Positions 50,541 through 62,919 of a stretch of DNA of 64,000 bases are shown here, piece by piece. The DNA comes from Podarcis bocagei (taxonomy: Eukaryota). The stretch is from the NCBI GenBank assembly GCA_964188305.1, contig OZ076886.1; one strand, written 5' to 3'. Positions within the stretch are counted from its first letter, which is position 1, and each line of letters begins with the position of its first letter. The notes under the pieces were generated by a model. It worked only from the letters and a program-made list of their open reading frames with translations, did not search any database and had not been told where the DNA came from. The translations under genes and the position numbers were made by a program.

Positions 50541-52531
50541 GCGCCTTGGCAGAGGCTGGGGCTAGGGAGCTTAATAGGAGGCTGTCCCTTGAGGTTCCGG
50601 TTTGGGGAGCACTGAGTGGCAGGTGGAGGTTTAGGGGCTGCCCTGGGACTTAAGGTAAACTCGTCTATTTTTCCCCCTAGCTTTCCTCGAAGTTTGTTGT
50701 GTGTGTTTAGGATGTTTAGATGCCTCTTCTAGACAGCAGCAAAAAGTGCTGCTTGAGAAGTAAAACTGGGAAGGTATTTAGAACAAGCTTCTGGGCTTGT
50801 TTGCACACCTGAAAGCAATAACCTGGGTGAGAGGGCTCCGGGCATGTACAAAGTGCCTTCGGTAACCCCAGCTAATGCCTTCTCCACCCATCTAGGCTTA
50901 AAGGGAGGAGAGACTTCCAGATAGGAGCTTCGAAGTTCCAGGCAAGGCGGATTTCTGGCACACACTACTTTTAGAAAGCAAACGTGGGGCATAGGGGGAG
51001 TACTGGCTGGGGCTGGAAAAAATAGAATGGAGGATATTGGGCACAACCAGGGATATTTTGGAGGGAGAATGTCACAGATCTGTGAGGGGAACAGGGAACA
51101 AGCATGGACTGGATAACTTAAGAGTTCTGTTGGGTGTGGCAGCTCTTTGGTCTTCAACTGGTGGGTTGGAACCCACGACTGTCACAGCCTGATCTAACAT
51201 GTTGCAGCAGTAGCAATACCATCATACAAATATGTGGTAATTTTTTTGTTTTTTAAAAAAAAGGTTTCCAAATGCATGTTTTGGTTAAAAGTTGAGTCCT
51301 AGTTCTGGGAACATTGAAGATTATTGTGGCAGAGAATAAGTTAGGGGGCAGATAAATAGTTAGGAAGCAAAATTCTTTGCAGAAATTCTTTCCACCTGCC
51401 TGTATTTGCCAACCTTCCCTCCCCAAGCTACTCATATTTGGCAGTAGAATGGCTGCTACTGTGTTGCTTCATGTCCCTAATGGGAGGCCCCAAGTTCTTG
51501 CTGTGTTTTTAAAAAGGAAAACAACTTTTGCCTCTTCTGCCTATCAGCTCAGCTTCCTGTCCTGAAACAGCTGACTACTTTAGATATCCCCTGAGAGCAG
51601 GACCAAAAAGAAACAGACACACAAAAAGGCAAATGGTATTTTAAGGCTTTATAAACACATTTTCTCCTTTTTTAAACTGAAGATGTTGTAAAATATAAAC
51701 TATATGCTGCTTTTCCACACACGTGTGCCCAGTGTGACTCAACAGAATACAAGCACTGTCACAAAACACATCATTACAAAGACAAAACAGTTAACATGAC
51801 AGTAATTCATGAATACAAGAATAAATATATACCAATCGTATATTTAAAAAAACTATCAATTAATTTCCTGATTCATTGCATTAAGATGTAGTAACAGCCA
51901 GAAAAGTAATGTTGATCACAATATTATATCAATTCAAATTCATTGTGATGTGCATAATCACCATAAGTGATTCTATCCATCAATTTCAATGTCAATCTTA
52001 AGAACTAGTAAAAATCACAACACTTACAGCTTTCAGGTGCAACACAGTTTACAAGCAGAAACACAAAAAAGGACAACAGTAGCAACATACTTGGAGAACA
52101 TCAACCAGTTGTTGTTTTAAGGTTTTTAAATAATGGCTAATTTTTGCTCATGATTTTAAAATGTCATTTATATTTAAATTCATTCCAACCTCCCTCCTGC
52201 CCTTTTATTTTATTTTTGCAACCACCCTGTGAGATAGTCTAAATTTAGAGACTGACTTTACCCCCAGTCCTAGTCCAGTACTCTTAACCATTGCACCATA
52301 CTAGCTCTGTTTTTTTAGGGCCTTTCCAGAAAGCAAAATAGAAACACAAACTATTTTTCTTTGTGTTTTCTGTGCTCCTGATAATCTGCATATGCACTGT
52401 TGTGCCCCCCCATAGAATTGGTGAGGATATTTGTCACTAACTTTTTAAAGAAAGAAAAAGAGGGGAGGTGTGTGCTGCTGTAATGTAGAGCCGGAGTAGC
52501 CCATGTGATGCCTCCAGATGTTAGACTAAAC

Positions 52532-52668
52532 CAGGCTTCCTCAACCTCGGCCATCCAGTTGTTTTTTGGCCTACAACTCCCATGATCCCTAGCTAGCAGG
52601 AGCAGTGGTCAGGGATGCTGGGAATTGTAGTCTCAAAACATCTGGAGGGCCAAGGTTGAGGAAGCCTG
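52532..52668. mobile_element. hAT-type palindromic MITE nested in an older related MITE
   Basis: TIR CAGGCTTCCTCAACCT / AGGTTGAGGAAGCCTG; perfect 8-bp TSD GACTAAAC (52524-52531, 52669-52676). Flanks ~52495-52750 are an older copy; related relics at ~8670-8780, ~54860-54995, ~60990-61075. Confidence 0.9.
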
Positions 52669-52937
52669 GACTAAACTGTCCATCATTCCTCAAATGGCCA
52701 GGGCTGATGGGAGGTGGAATCCTAAAACATCTGGAGGGCAGCATGTTGGTTTCTTCTGATATTTAGGAAATTACACATACTTAAAAATCAATGGTGGGGG
52801 TAAAGGAGAATAAATGTAATGTGGGGGGAAATAGCCTTGCTGTTTTGTGTCCCTTCTTTTAAAGGTTGCACGGGCACTCCCAAACTTTAGTATACTGTGA
52901 ACTGCCCTGCGATCTTATGAAGTAGGGCAGTCTAATA

Positions 52938-53395
52938 GGGCAGTTGTACAGCTAGAGAGAGGAAGGTGCTCCAGAAGGTCATAACCACAGCCCAAAGGAT
53001 TATTGGTCACCCTCTCCCACCTTTGGAAGAACTGTACGGTTCCCGTTGCCTTAGGAAAGCAAACAACATCCTGCAGGATCCATCTCACCCGGGATACAGT
53101 CTGTTTGCACTACTGCCTTCTGGCAGGAGGTATAGAAACATCAAGTCAAGGACAAATAGACTGAAAAACAGTTTCTATCCAAGAGCTGTGGCCTTTTTGA
53201 ATGCTGTAACTCGATAGTGAGATCTGGGAGTTTTTGGGGGTGGGGGTGGGGGTGGTTGGAAGGTGGTTTGGTTGGTTGTTGTTGTTGTTTTGCTTTTACT
53301 GTTTTTAAGGGATGGCATCCAATTTCGTTGCACTTGTGCAATGTTGCACTAGTGTAATGACAATAAAGAATCTATCTATCTATCTATCTATCTAA
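52938..53395 (+). mobile_element. Rex1/Babar-type LINE 3' end
   Basis: Uninterrupted C-terminus GSCTARERKVLQKVITTAQRIIG...ILQDPSHPGYSLFALLPSGRRYR...TNRLKNSFYPRAV; AATAAA plus (TCTA)n tail; candidate TSD TCTAATA. Confidence 0.85.
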
Positions 53396-53518
53396 TCTAA
53401 TAAATAATAATTAATAATAGGGAAAGGAACTTTAAAAACAGATAATTTCTGAAGCTGTAGCTGAAGTGAGTTAGATGAATTCTTAAGTGCTAAAGCTGTG
53501 CCCTTGTTTGTCTTTCAG

Positions 53519-53581
53519 ATACCTTCTTGAACAGAGAGATGTTGAAATCAATGTCCGGGATAAATGGGACAGTACCCCTTT
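53519..53581 (+). CDS. ABTB1: ABTB1 coding exon 2: ankyrin repeat
   Basis: ctttcag| ... |gtgagt, 63 nt; YLLEQRDVEINVRDKWDSTP(L). Confidence 0.96.
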
Positions 53582-55095
53582 GTGAGTGCTTTGGCCTTGA
53601 GACATACATGCTGTTTGGTAACTTATACAGGATTTAAAGAAATGCTTTCAGGCATTGCAACGGTTCCTCATTTTACTTCTGTTGTTTTGTTCAAAAAAGA
53701 AATCATTTTTTCTTATATCCTTCTCCTACATTCTGCTCCCCATTGTCTCAAGTTTTCAGTGTTCCCATGCTGTTTTTTGTTGACAAGACCTGCTGTTGGA
53801 AATAATTTTCCTCATTCAGAACAATATTCTGGAAGGCAAGTGAATGCCTGCCACTGCTTTTGGGATAATTTGTGGCAACCATTTTACTAGCATTTACTAG
53901 CATTCTAAGAAGAGGCCTGCTCCAATTGTGCTATTGGCTCATCTTGTCTAGCTCTGGTTAGCCATAATGTTCTGGGAAGGTTGCAAACAGGGACAATAGT
54001 CTTCTCTTGTTTGTCCCCAACATATGTTCATCAGCACTGTGCTACGTCTGTCATAAAAGAAAGTATAGAATGGGAATCCCTGGAGTTGTACAATGTGTCC
54101 TTGGGATATTGTCCTGTCAGCATTTATATGATTGCATTAGCTGCTGATCTATTTCCACATAAAATTCAAGGTACTGGATTTTATGTTGAAATCCCTAAGC
54201 ATCTTAGGACCTAGGTTACTTTTCCTGCATGAACTTTCCTATCACCTGTGATCATTGCTGGAGTTCTATCGCCTTCTGAAGTGAGATGAGTGGGAATTGG
54301 GAAAGGGATATTTTTCATTTTGCTGTCTCCAGGGAGGCCCACCTAGCACTAACTAGCCTGTCTTTACAGTGACAGATAAAAGACTTTGTATTCACCCAAA
54401 CCTTTTAGTGTCAACTTTTAGAAGTTTTCAAAAATCTGGGATTTACATGCAAGTTACTGCTGCCTTTATCTCGCTAATGGAAACTGCTCTGAAAGTCTTG
54501 ACTAATAGAGCAGGCTATAGATACTTGCAATAGAAATAATAAGCATGTACCCTAAAGTTCTTGTTGGTAAAGCTATCATACAGTGTGGCGCTGTGTGCAG
54601 ATTTCACCTTTCTCAATGCTGTCCCATAGAACTTGATGGGAGCACTGAAAACCAAGGCAGCTCTGTTTGCATAGTCCCACCCCTTCATCTGCATAGCCCT
54701 AGTCCACATCTCTTTTTTCTACTTGCACATGAAGCAAGTGCATATCTCATCACTAGAAAAAGAGTGGGAAAAGACCCTTGTTATCCTTGTCACAACAGAA
54801 AGAAGTGAGAATGCTATGGAGAGGACTGGATCAATTTATTGTAAGGAGTTAACACCATGGGGGGAGCCAACGTGGTGCCCTCCAGATGATGTTGGACTAC
54901 AACTTCCATCATCCCAACCATTAGCCATGCTGCTGGGGCTGCTGTGAGTTGCACTCCAACAACAACTAGAGGGCAACACATTCGCTGTCCCAACCTAATG
55001 TGATTTTAGGATCTTAATTAGATTGCAAAGTTGGTGCTGTGGGAGGACTTTCATTTCCAAGTGTCTCTTTCTTAACTCCTTCCTTGTGTTAACAG

Positions 55096-55151
55096 GTATT
55101 ATGCTTGTCTCTGTGGACATGAAGAGCTTGTGCGGTACCTTTTAGCCAATG
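55096..55151 (+). CDS. ABTB1: ABTB1 coding exon 3: ankyrin repeat
   Basis: ttaacag| ... |gtaaga, 56 nt; YYACLCGHEELVRYLLAN(G). Confidence 0.96.
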
Positions 55152-56354
55152 GTAAGAAAAACCTGATATGCTTCTTCTCCTGGAGACTGTGTGCCCAATA
55201 TATATGGTCACCTGTGTGTCTCTAGAATTGCCCTTGAAGGTACACCAGAATTAAAACAGTATAATCCTGCTCTGATGGGAAACTGCATAGTTGCTTTTGA
55301 CTTGTTAAGCTAATCAAACAGCTAGAATCTTATTTTGCAAGGAAAACTTTTCCTCTCATGGTAGGGTGTTAGTACAGGACTCAGTTTTTTTCAAGTTTGT
55401 AGTACTAGCCCTAGCATGACATTAAAATTGGATCTTAGCCAATGGGGAGAGCTGCTATTTTTAATCTAGTCTTCTTGCTGCCATTTTGTTTAATAAAACG
55501 CACCTAAAAGTAAATGTCCATTTGATGTTTTACTACATTTTATATATGCTGTAAGCCACCCAGAGTGGCTGGGGAAACCCAGCCATTATTATTATTATTT
55601 ATTAATTAATTAATTAATTAATCTCATTTTTTATTTAAAAAAAGAAAAAGTTAAGGCTCCTTGTTGGTACATTTAATATTTCTGTTCTCATCATAGCACC
55701 CAGCAGGGCAAAAATAAATGGATTTAGTGTTTGGCTTTACTAGAAGGAATAAATTCACCTGTAATACACTGAATCAGTAGCTGCCACCATTTATTGAGTG
55801 ACTAGTAGGAACAGTTATCTCCAGGAATATGTGCTTTCACTTGCAGATCTATCTAGGTTACCAAGTAACAAGTCTGCCAGTATCCATTCTTGAACCACCC
55901 AGCTCCCAAGGGCATTATTGCGCTGTTTCTTAGTAATTTGGCTAAAGGAACAAAGGCAATAATGTAGGGCAGAGCTTTCCAAACCTTTCATGTTGGTGGT
56001 ACACTTTTTAGACATGGAAGATTTCACGACACAGTAATTCAGTTTTACTAGCAAACAAGAGGTTAAACTAACCCTTTTCCAGCCCTGGGAGCACCGTGGG
56101 GAGCATTCGTGTGACTCACCTACACACTGCAGCCAACACACTAATGTGGAAAACTCTGATGTAGAGTGAGATACGCTTAGTTCTCTCACCCACACCGTCA
56201 AAATACATTGATTTCATTTAATCAATGTTAGGTCTGTTGTTTAACAGATACAAAGAATATAAATCCAGTCAGAGAAATAAAACAAAATCATGGTTTCTAA
56301 CTTTATTTATCAGAATATTTATAAACCACCAACACAGTTATTGTTGAGGTGGTA

Positions 56355-56380
56355 TAATAATAATAATAATAATAATAATA

Positions 56381-56433
<53 letters not shown>
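56355..56433. repeat. Compound (TAA)n(TTA)n microsatellite
   Basis: (TAA)9 at 56355-56381 directly followed by a longer (TTA)n run. Confidence 0.95.
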
Positions 56434-56434
<1 letters not shown>

Positions 56435-57651
56435 TATACCCCGCCCTCCCCAGCCAAGGCCGGGCTCAGAGCGGCTTACAAGCAATAATAAAAACAAGTT
56501 AAATGATTACAACTTAAAAACAAAATTAAAAATACAACATTAAAATATTGAAACATTAAAATATTAAAATGTAGCCTCATCATAGGAGGAGAAGGAAAAG
56601 AAAAAAGAAAGAGAGGGAGGGAATCAAATTGGCTCCAAGTCAAAGGCCAGGCGGAACAACTCTGTCTTACAGGCCCTGCGGAAAGAAATCAGATCCTGCA
56701 GGGCCCTGGTCTCATGAGGCAGAGCGTTCCACCAGACCGGAGCCAGAGTTGTAAAGGCCCTGGCTCTGGTTGAAGCCAATTTAACTACCTTAGGGCCCGG
56801 GACCACTAGGGTGTTGCTATTTATGGACCTTGAGGCTCTCCGTGGGGCATACCAGGAGAGGTGGTCCCGTAGGTACGAGGGTCCTAGGCCGTGAAGGGCT
56901 TTAAAGGTCAAAAGCAGCACCTTAAATCTGATCCTGTACTCCACCGGGAGCCAGTGCAGCTTGAAAAGCACTGGGTGAATATGTTCCCATGGCAGAGACC
57001 CCGTGAGGAGCCTCACTGCAGCATTCTGCACCCGCTGGAGTTTCTGGGACAGTTTCAAGGGCAGCCCCGCATAGAGTGAATTACAGTAGTCAAGCCTGGA
57101 GATGACCGTCGCATGGATCACTGTGGCCAGGTCACGGCGGGAAAGGTAAGGGACCAACTGCTTGATGCGGCGAAGGTGGAAAAATGTCGCCTTGGCTGTT
57201 GCTGTAACTTGCGCCTCCATGGAAAGGGAGGCGTCAAGGATTACACCCAAACTCTTAACGGAAGGCAATGGCACTAATTGGGCCCCCGCAAGAGAAGAGA
57301 GTTGGTCCCTCATCCCCATGCCATCCTGACCTAGCCATAGGACCTCTGTCTTCGAAGGATTTAGTTTCAATCGGCTCCCACAAAACCACCCAGCCACATC
57401 TGGTCAGTGTGTTCGGGGCCGAGTCGGTGTGGCCACCCATCAGCAGATAGAGCTGAGTGTCATCAGCATATTGGTGACAACCCAGCCCAAAGCTCCGGAT
57501 AATCAAGGCAAGGGGGCGCATAAAGATGTTAAAAAGCATCGGGGAGTGGATTGCGCCCTGCGGCACTCCACACACCAAGGAGTGGTGTGACGACATTTCC
57601 CTCCCTAGTGCCACCCTCTGTCCCCGACCAGAGATAAAAGAGCACAGCCAG
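56382..57651 (-). mobile_element. L2-clade LINE, 5'-truncated, RT core to 3' tail, one frameshift
   Basis: ORF 57255..57683 has GVPQG...PMLFNIF...YADDTQLY; ORF 56624..57397 has LKLNPSKTE, LGVILD, RLDYCNSL, LHWLP; frame shift near 57397; (AAT)n tail. Confidence 0.93.
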
Positions 57652-58507
57652 TTACAGTCATTGAAAATAACAAAATTGTACAATTATAAAATCATAAGAT
57701 GACCCAGGCTGAATCAGATTAAGTCTTTAAAAACACTTGGTGAACCAAATATATTTTCAGCAGGTGACAAAACCTCAGGATTGTAGGCGCCTTTCAGATT
57801 TCCATAGGAACAGCATTCCAAATTTGGTATTAGATCATAATTCATAGCTTACAGCTAAAGCAAATAATAATCCTTTTAGGTATAAGAAATCCAAATCATG
57901 CTTTGGTGGGGTAATGTTGAATTTGGTAAGAATAGCTTGTCATTGAACATGCAGCTACATGCAGACTCTACTAGAAATGGGTATACTCCAACCAATGCAG
58001 GCACAGACTTGAGAATTATATTGAATTTGGACAATAAATTTTATATTCCTAACCGTAGTTAAACACGCAATCAAAAAGTTTTCATTTTTCTGGGAAGCTT
58101 TTTAGCTTGCTTCTAACTTGTATTTACTAAATATTTACAGTGTACTTTAAAAGAGATTCGTTTCTCTGTTTTTTAAGTTGTAATAACTTCTCTCCAAGGA
58201 GCTCAATGTGGTGTTCATGGTTCTCCTCCTCAGTTTATCCTCTCATCAGCCCTGGGAAGTAGACAATGACTGTCCCAAGGTCACCCGGCAAGCTTCATGG
58301 CTGAGTGTGGATATGAACCCTGATCCTCATCCAACACTCTAACCACAATCCAGCTCATAGCGTAGCACACTGGATCACAGTGGTATGGGTGTAGCAGAAA
58401 TGTTTTCTGTGGAATATTGTAGAATGTATTCAGCTTCAGGCAGCTATTTTCTTTTAAAACTGAGTAGTCTTGCAGTTGTCCCAAGGCAGAAATTAAGAGA
58501 CTAGATA

Positions 58508-58861
58508 CAGTGGTGCCTCGCAAGACGAAATTAATCCGTTCCGCGAGTCTCTTCGTCTAGCGGTTTTTTCGTCTTGTGAAGCAACCCTATTAGCGGATTA
58601 GCGCTATTAGCGGTTTAGCGGCTATAAAAGGCTTAGCGGCTATTAAAGGCTTAGCGGATTAGCGGCTAAAAGGCTATTAGCGGATTAGCGTCTTAGAAAA
58701 AGGGGGGGAGCGGAAAAAAATCGGAACACCCGCAAGACGTTTTCGTCTTGCAAAGCAAGCCCATAGGGAAAATTGTCTTGCGAAGCAGCTCAAAAACGGA
58801 AAAACCTTTTGTCTAGCGGGTTTTCCGTCTTGCGAGGCATTCGTCTTGCGGGGCACCACTG
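58508..58861. mobile_element. Tc1/mariner MITE, 354 bp, same termini family as 13534-14489
   Basis: TA|CAGTGGTGCCTCGCAAGACGAA ... TTCGTCTTGCGGGGCACCACTG (right flank TC rather than TA); internal TTAGCGG-based short repeats ~58587-58690. Confidence 0.88.
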
Positions 58862-59075
58862 TCTTATGGTTGAATGTTAATTTTACTTCATGAGCTCTGC
58901 TTTAGACCAGAAGAACATATGAAAGTACTTGTAACGAGGGATGAAGGTTGCTCAGTTGTTTAGTGGAAGCAGTTCTTAGTACTGTTCTGCAGAGAAAGAC
59001 AATATCACATATGTAAATGATCTGTCTCTTGTAATATGGCTTCAAACCTAAATGCCAGTTGGTATTGGTTTACAG

Positions 59076-59220
59076 GTGCCAAATGTGAAGCAAACACCTT
59101 TGATGGCGAGCGTTGTTTATATGGGGCCCTGAGTGATGCTATTCGGCGGGTGTTAAAGGAGTACAAGCAGATCACAGCAAAGTGCATGAAGAGAGACTAC
59201 TATGATGTCTTCCTTCAACG
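59076..59220 (+). CDS. ABTB1: ABTB1 coding exon 4
   Basis: tttacag| ... |gtaaag, 145 nt; AKCEANTFDGERCLYGALSDAIRRVLKEYKQITAKCMKRDYYDVFLQ(R). Confidence 0.96.
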
Positions 59221-59554
59221 GTAAAGAGAGAAGGGATGCCTTCATTGCAGGCGGTTAAGCATTAAAATGCATCTGTTTCCATTGGACTGCCACGCCCACT
59301 CCTTGGATGGCTGACCCCTCTTGCTTGTTTTGTTTCAGGAGATTCAAAAGATTTATTATGTTCTTGTCTTATGGAGGCTCGCTTGTGATAATGACAAGTC
59401 TGTCAAGCCACTGTTAGTACATAGTAATTTGAAAGTTTATATATATATATATTTAATTCCCTCCCCACTGAAAAAGCTTCTCATACAGTATACATGATAG
59501 AACTGATTAATCACAATCTACTGCGTAGGTGGCAGAAGTAAATAAGACTACTTA

Positions 59555-59559
<5 letters not shown>

Positions 59560-59590
<31 letters not shown>

Positions 59591-59611
59591 GCGTGCGTGC
59601 GTGTGCGTGCG
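59560..59611. repeat. (TG)n/(TGCG)n microsatellite
   Basis: Alternating purine-pyrimidine tract in ABTB1 intron 4. Confidence 0.92.
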
Positions 59612-59998
59612 CAGTCCTGTTTATGGAATGCTGTCCCCAGGGAGGCTCACTTGGTGCCATCATTATATAGCTTTAGGCGTCAGGCAAAAACATAACTTTT
59701 TCTTGATGGCATTGAATCATAATTTCCTGTGGCCTTCTTGAGTGGTTCAGATTCTGGCTTTTTAAGAACAAGTTTGTCATTTCATTTTTTCATTGTTTTT
59801 CTTTGTGCTGGTTTTAATATATGTTTTTCTTTGTTTATATATTGTAAGTCACTTTGAGTTACCTTGGTAAGAAAGGGACCAATTAATAAATAATAAAGCA
59901 TTATTTTAGAACCTTGATTTTGAAGGAACAAGATGCTCGCAGTTGCTGAGTCCTCCAGTCCAGTTTTTTCTGACTTGTTGTTCTCATTCTCCTTGCAG

Positions 59999-60158
59999 AC
60001 TTCTGGAACAGGGTTACCAGAGTGACATTGTATTCATTGTGCATGGGAAGTCTTTCTGTGCCCATCGCTGCATTCTCGGTGCCCGGAGTGCATATTTTGC
60101 AGAAATGTTTGAGACCAAGTGGAAGGGGAAGAATATCATAGCACTAAAGCATCCATTG
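59999..60158 (+). CDS. ABTB1: ABTB1 coding exon 5: first BTB/POZ domain
   Basis: cttgcag| ... |gtgaga, 160 nt; LLEQGYQSDIVFIVHGKSFCAHRCILGARSAYFAEMFETKWKGKNIIALKHPL. Confidence 0.97.
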
Positions 60159-61179
60159 GTGAGAAGACTCAAGCTTTGTTTTAACTGGAATAGTGCCTGC
60201 AGTTGGTGCTTGCTTTATGGTTTCATGTGCCAAGTCTAGACGCTGATTTACGCATGCATCAGAATGAGACAGTAGAGTGGACTGTACCACTTAAGACTGT
60301 GGGTGAGGATGTTATTTCAAATACATTAAAAAACATAAAAATCAACTAACTAAAAAAACCATAAAAAGCAACTAACTCCCTGAATTAACTAACTCTCCAC
60401 TTCATTGAGAGGAAGTGGTTCTGGGCTAGTCCTCTCACTGCTATTCTCCTTTTTTCCCTTTTTTATTTGCAGTGAATATTGTTAAATTTGGAACACTCAA
60501 AATGGGCTTCTCCTACTTGCAGTCTGAATGGTACAGTCCATTCTGCCACTTTATTCTGCTACGCGAGTACCAAGCCTGATGTTCCTAACTAATCAAGTAT
60601 CAAGCTTCTTTAAAACAGTTTTACTTGGATTATCTCAGCACTGTTGATCCGGAACATCATATTGAGATTTCATTGTGACCTGCTGTATTAAATCAACCCT
60701 GCCTGTTCCTACTGGTAAACATAACACACAAGCTATTCAACTTCTCACAAAACAGGTTTTTGTTTTTTTAAGCTAACTATATAAGTGGTTGTCACAACTT
60801 GTGGTCAGTTCCACAAGTTAATTACTTTTTGAGCGACATTATTTAATGTTGTCATATGGTGCGAAAGAGCTGGCATTGAGGAAAAGGGAGATACAGCTAA
60901 AATCTTGCCCTTTTTGTTGCTTGCCTCTCCAGAGTTAGCATTACTGCAGAATCTCATGGGCCCTCATTACCTTGTAGTTTGAATATAGCCAATGGGGTGC
61001 CCTCTGGAAGTTGTTGTGGACTTCTGATCATTGACCTGACAGGCTGGGGCTGATGGGAGTTGTAGTCCAAAACACCTTAGCTACTGCTGTTCTAGCTTGT
61101 TTCTCACTTATATCAGTGTATAGTTCAAGCCATGGCAAAGTGCAACCTCTGTAAATAACCACTTTCATTCATTATATAG

Positions 61180-61225
61180 ATCAACCCAGCTGCCTTTGGT
61201 TCCCTTCTCCAGTACCTCTATACAG
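61180..61225 (+). CDS. ABTB1: ABTB1 coding exon 6
   Basis: ttatatag| ... |gtaaat, 46 nt; INPAAFGSLLQYLYT(G). Confidence 0.95.
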
Positions 61226-62919
61226 GTAAATGTGGGCATGTGCTGCATTGTAGTGCTTACAAGTGCTGCATTTGGATTCAGAATAACATCTTGCGTATAT
61301 CTATATACTTTGCATAATTATTTCAAAACTTAGCTTGTCAGAAATGGCTCGGGTGACGTACTTTTTCTCTTGCAAAGACTATACTGATGGAAAGCATTAG
61401 ATACTGGGGCATAGAATAACAGCATTGATGGAGAGGCATGGAGCTGCACAAGTTGCGTTGGACCTTGCTAGAGTGAGATTATGGGGGATTCAGGTTCTTT
61501 TCTCTACCATCGTGTTTTTGCTTTGGGATTAGCCACTCACCCACCCAAGCAACAATATTTTATTGCCCAAATACATTGTCTCCCACCACCCAGCTGATGG
61601 GTTTGTTTGTTTGTTTTGCAAGTGCTGTATCAAATGCAATAAGGGCACTGGCATTGCTAGTAATGAGTGACACAACTTTGTGTTTGGACATATTCCCGGT
61701 ATACCACACTGTTGCTCTAGTTACTTTTACGTCTAAAAGCGCCATGGCATTAATCCCCTTTATTTCAGCAACAGTTACTTGAAATGTTGAGGCTTCAATT
61801 CTAAACACACTTGTTTGGGAGTAAGTCTTTCTGCAATTCAATGAGACTTACTCCTGAGTAGACGTGCAAAGGATTCTGCTGTCTAGAAGATTTGTTTGCT
61901 GGTTGGGCATTCTAACCAGGCACAGACTGTGCTAACATGTTTTTCTACCTCCATTTGCATATGCCAATAGGGTTCCTCCCAATTCCAGAGCACAGCTCTG
62001 GATTGGAGCTACCAAAGGAATAGCAAAGAATAAAAGTTTGTCTTATTTTTGTTTGTTTTTAGTGAACAAAGGTCCTTATCCTTCACTAGACAATGGCCAT
62101 ACGTTTCTGGATATTTGTACTCAGGAATATGTATGAATCTGGCTATTGAAGTTGCTCCTCTTTTTGCTTTTATAAGACAGGAGTACCTTGAAATACAGAA
62201 GGATACAGAAAGTGACACATGCATCTTTATTTAACATGTGGGACATGTGGATTAAACCTGTAGAAGGGATTTTGGATTAGCCTTCTCTACATTTGCTCAT
62301 TGCTTTGGGCAGATGTATGTGGGAAAGTGGCATACCAATTGAAATAATAGCTACATTATTGTAGTTATCAGAATTGACGGACTTGTATGTAACATTTCTT
62401 GGCTTTGTCATATGTAGATATGTGCATCCATATTTTATTTATTTGGGTGATAGTCAACCAAGTTGTGTATCTATAGTCTATTTGTTTACTTAGGGCGGCA
62501 TGCATCTCTGTCATATTCTTTGTAGACTCATTGCAATTAATGGACTCAAATCCACTGATTTTAATAGGCCTATACCGGTATCGCTAACATTGGATGTCAC
62601 CCGTACTACAATTTTGTACTGTTAATCCATTCAAGATGGTTTGCAGTCTAAAATAATAAAGATACAAAAGGTAAAAAATCAGAATTTTCTCAGGACATAT
62701 ATCTGAAAAGCAACATGCAATATGGCTCAAAAGAAGTTGCTATACTAGCTGTACAAGTGATCTTCTCAAAAATATAAATGCAGTCCTTCCTTAAGTCACA
62801 GGGGGGTGCTGAAACATAAATTTGCAGCTGTGGATGTAAGGATGAATTTTACGTGTTGGTGAATAAATAATAGGGAGAATTGAAAGGGTCATTTGCTTTC
62901 TTTTCTTTTCTTTTGCCAG

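Noticed and set aside
56290-56502. Poly-Asn/poly-Tyr ORFs on both strands
   Set aside because: Translation of the (TAA)n(TTA)n microsatellite.
56624-57683. Functional reverse transcriptase gene
   Set aside because: 5'-truncated, frameshifted near 57397, no endonuclease domain or promoter; a dead L2 copy.
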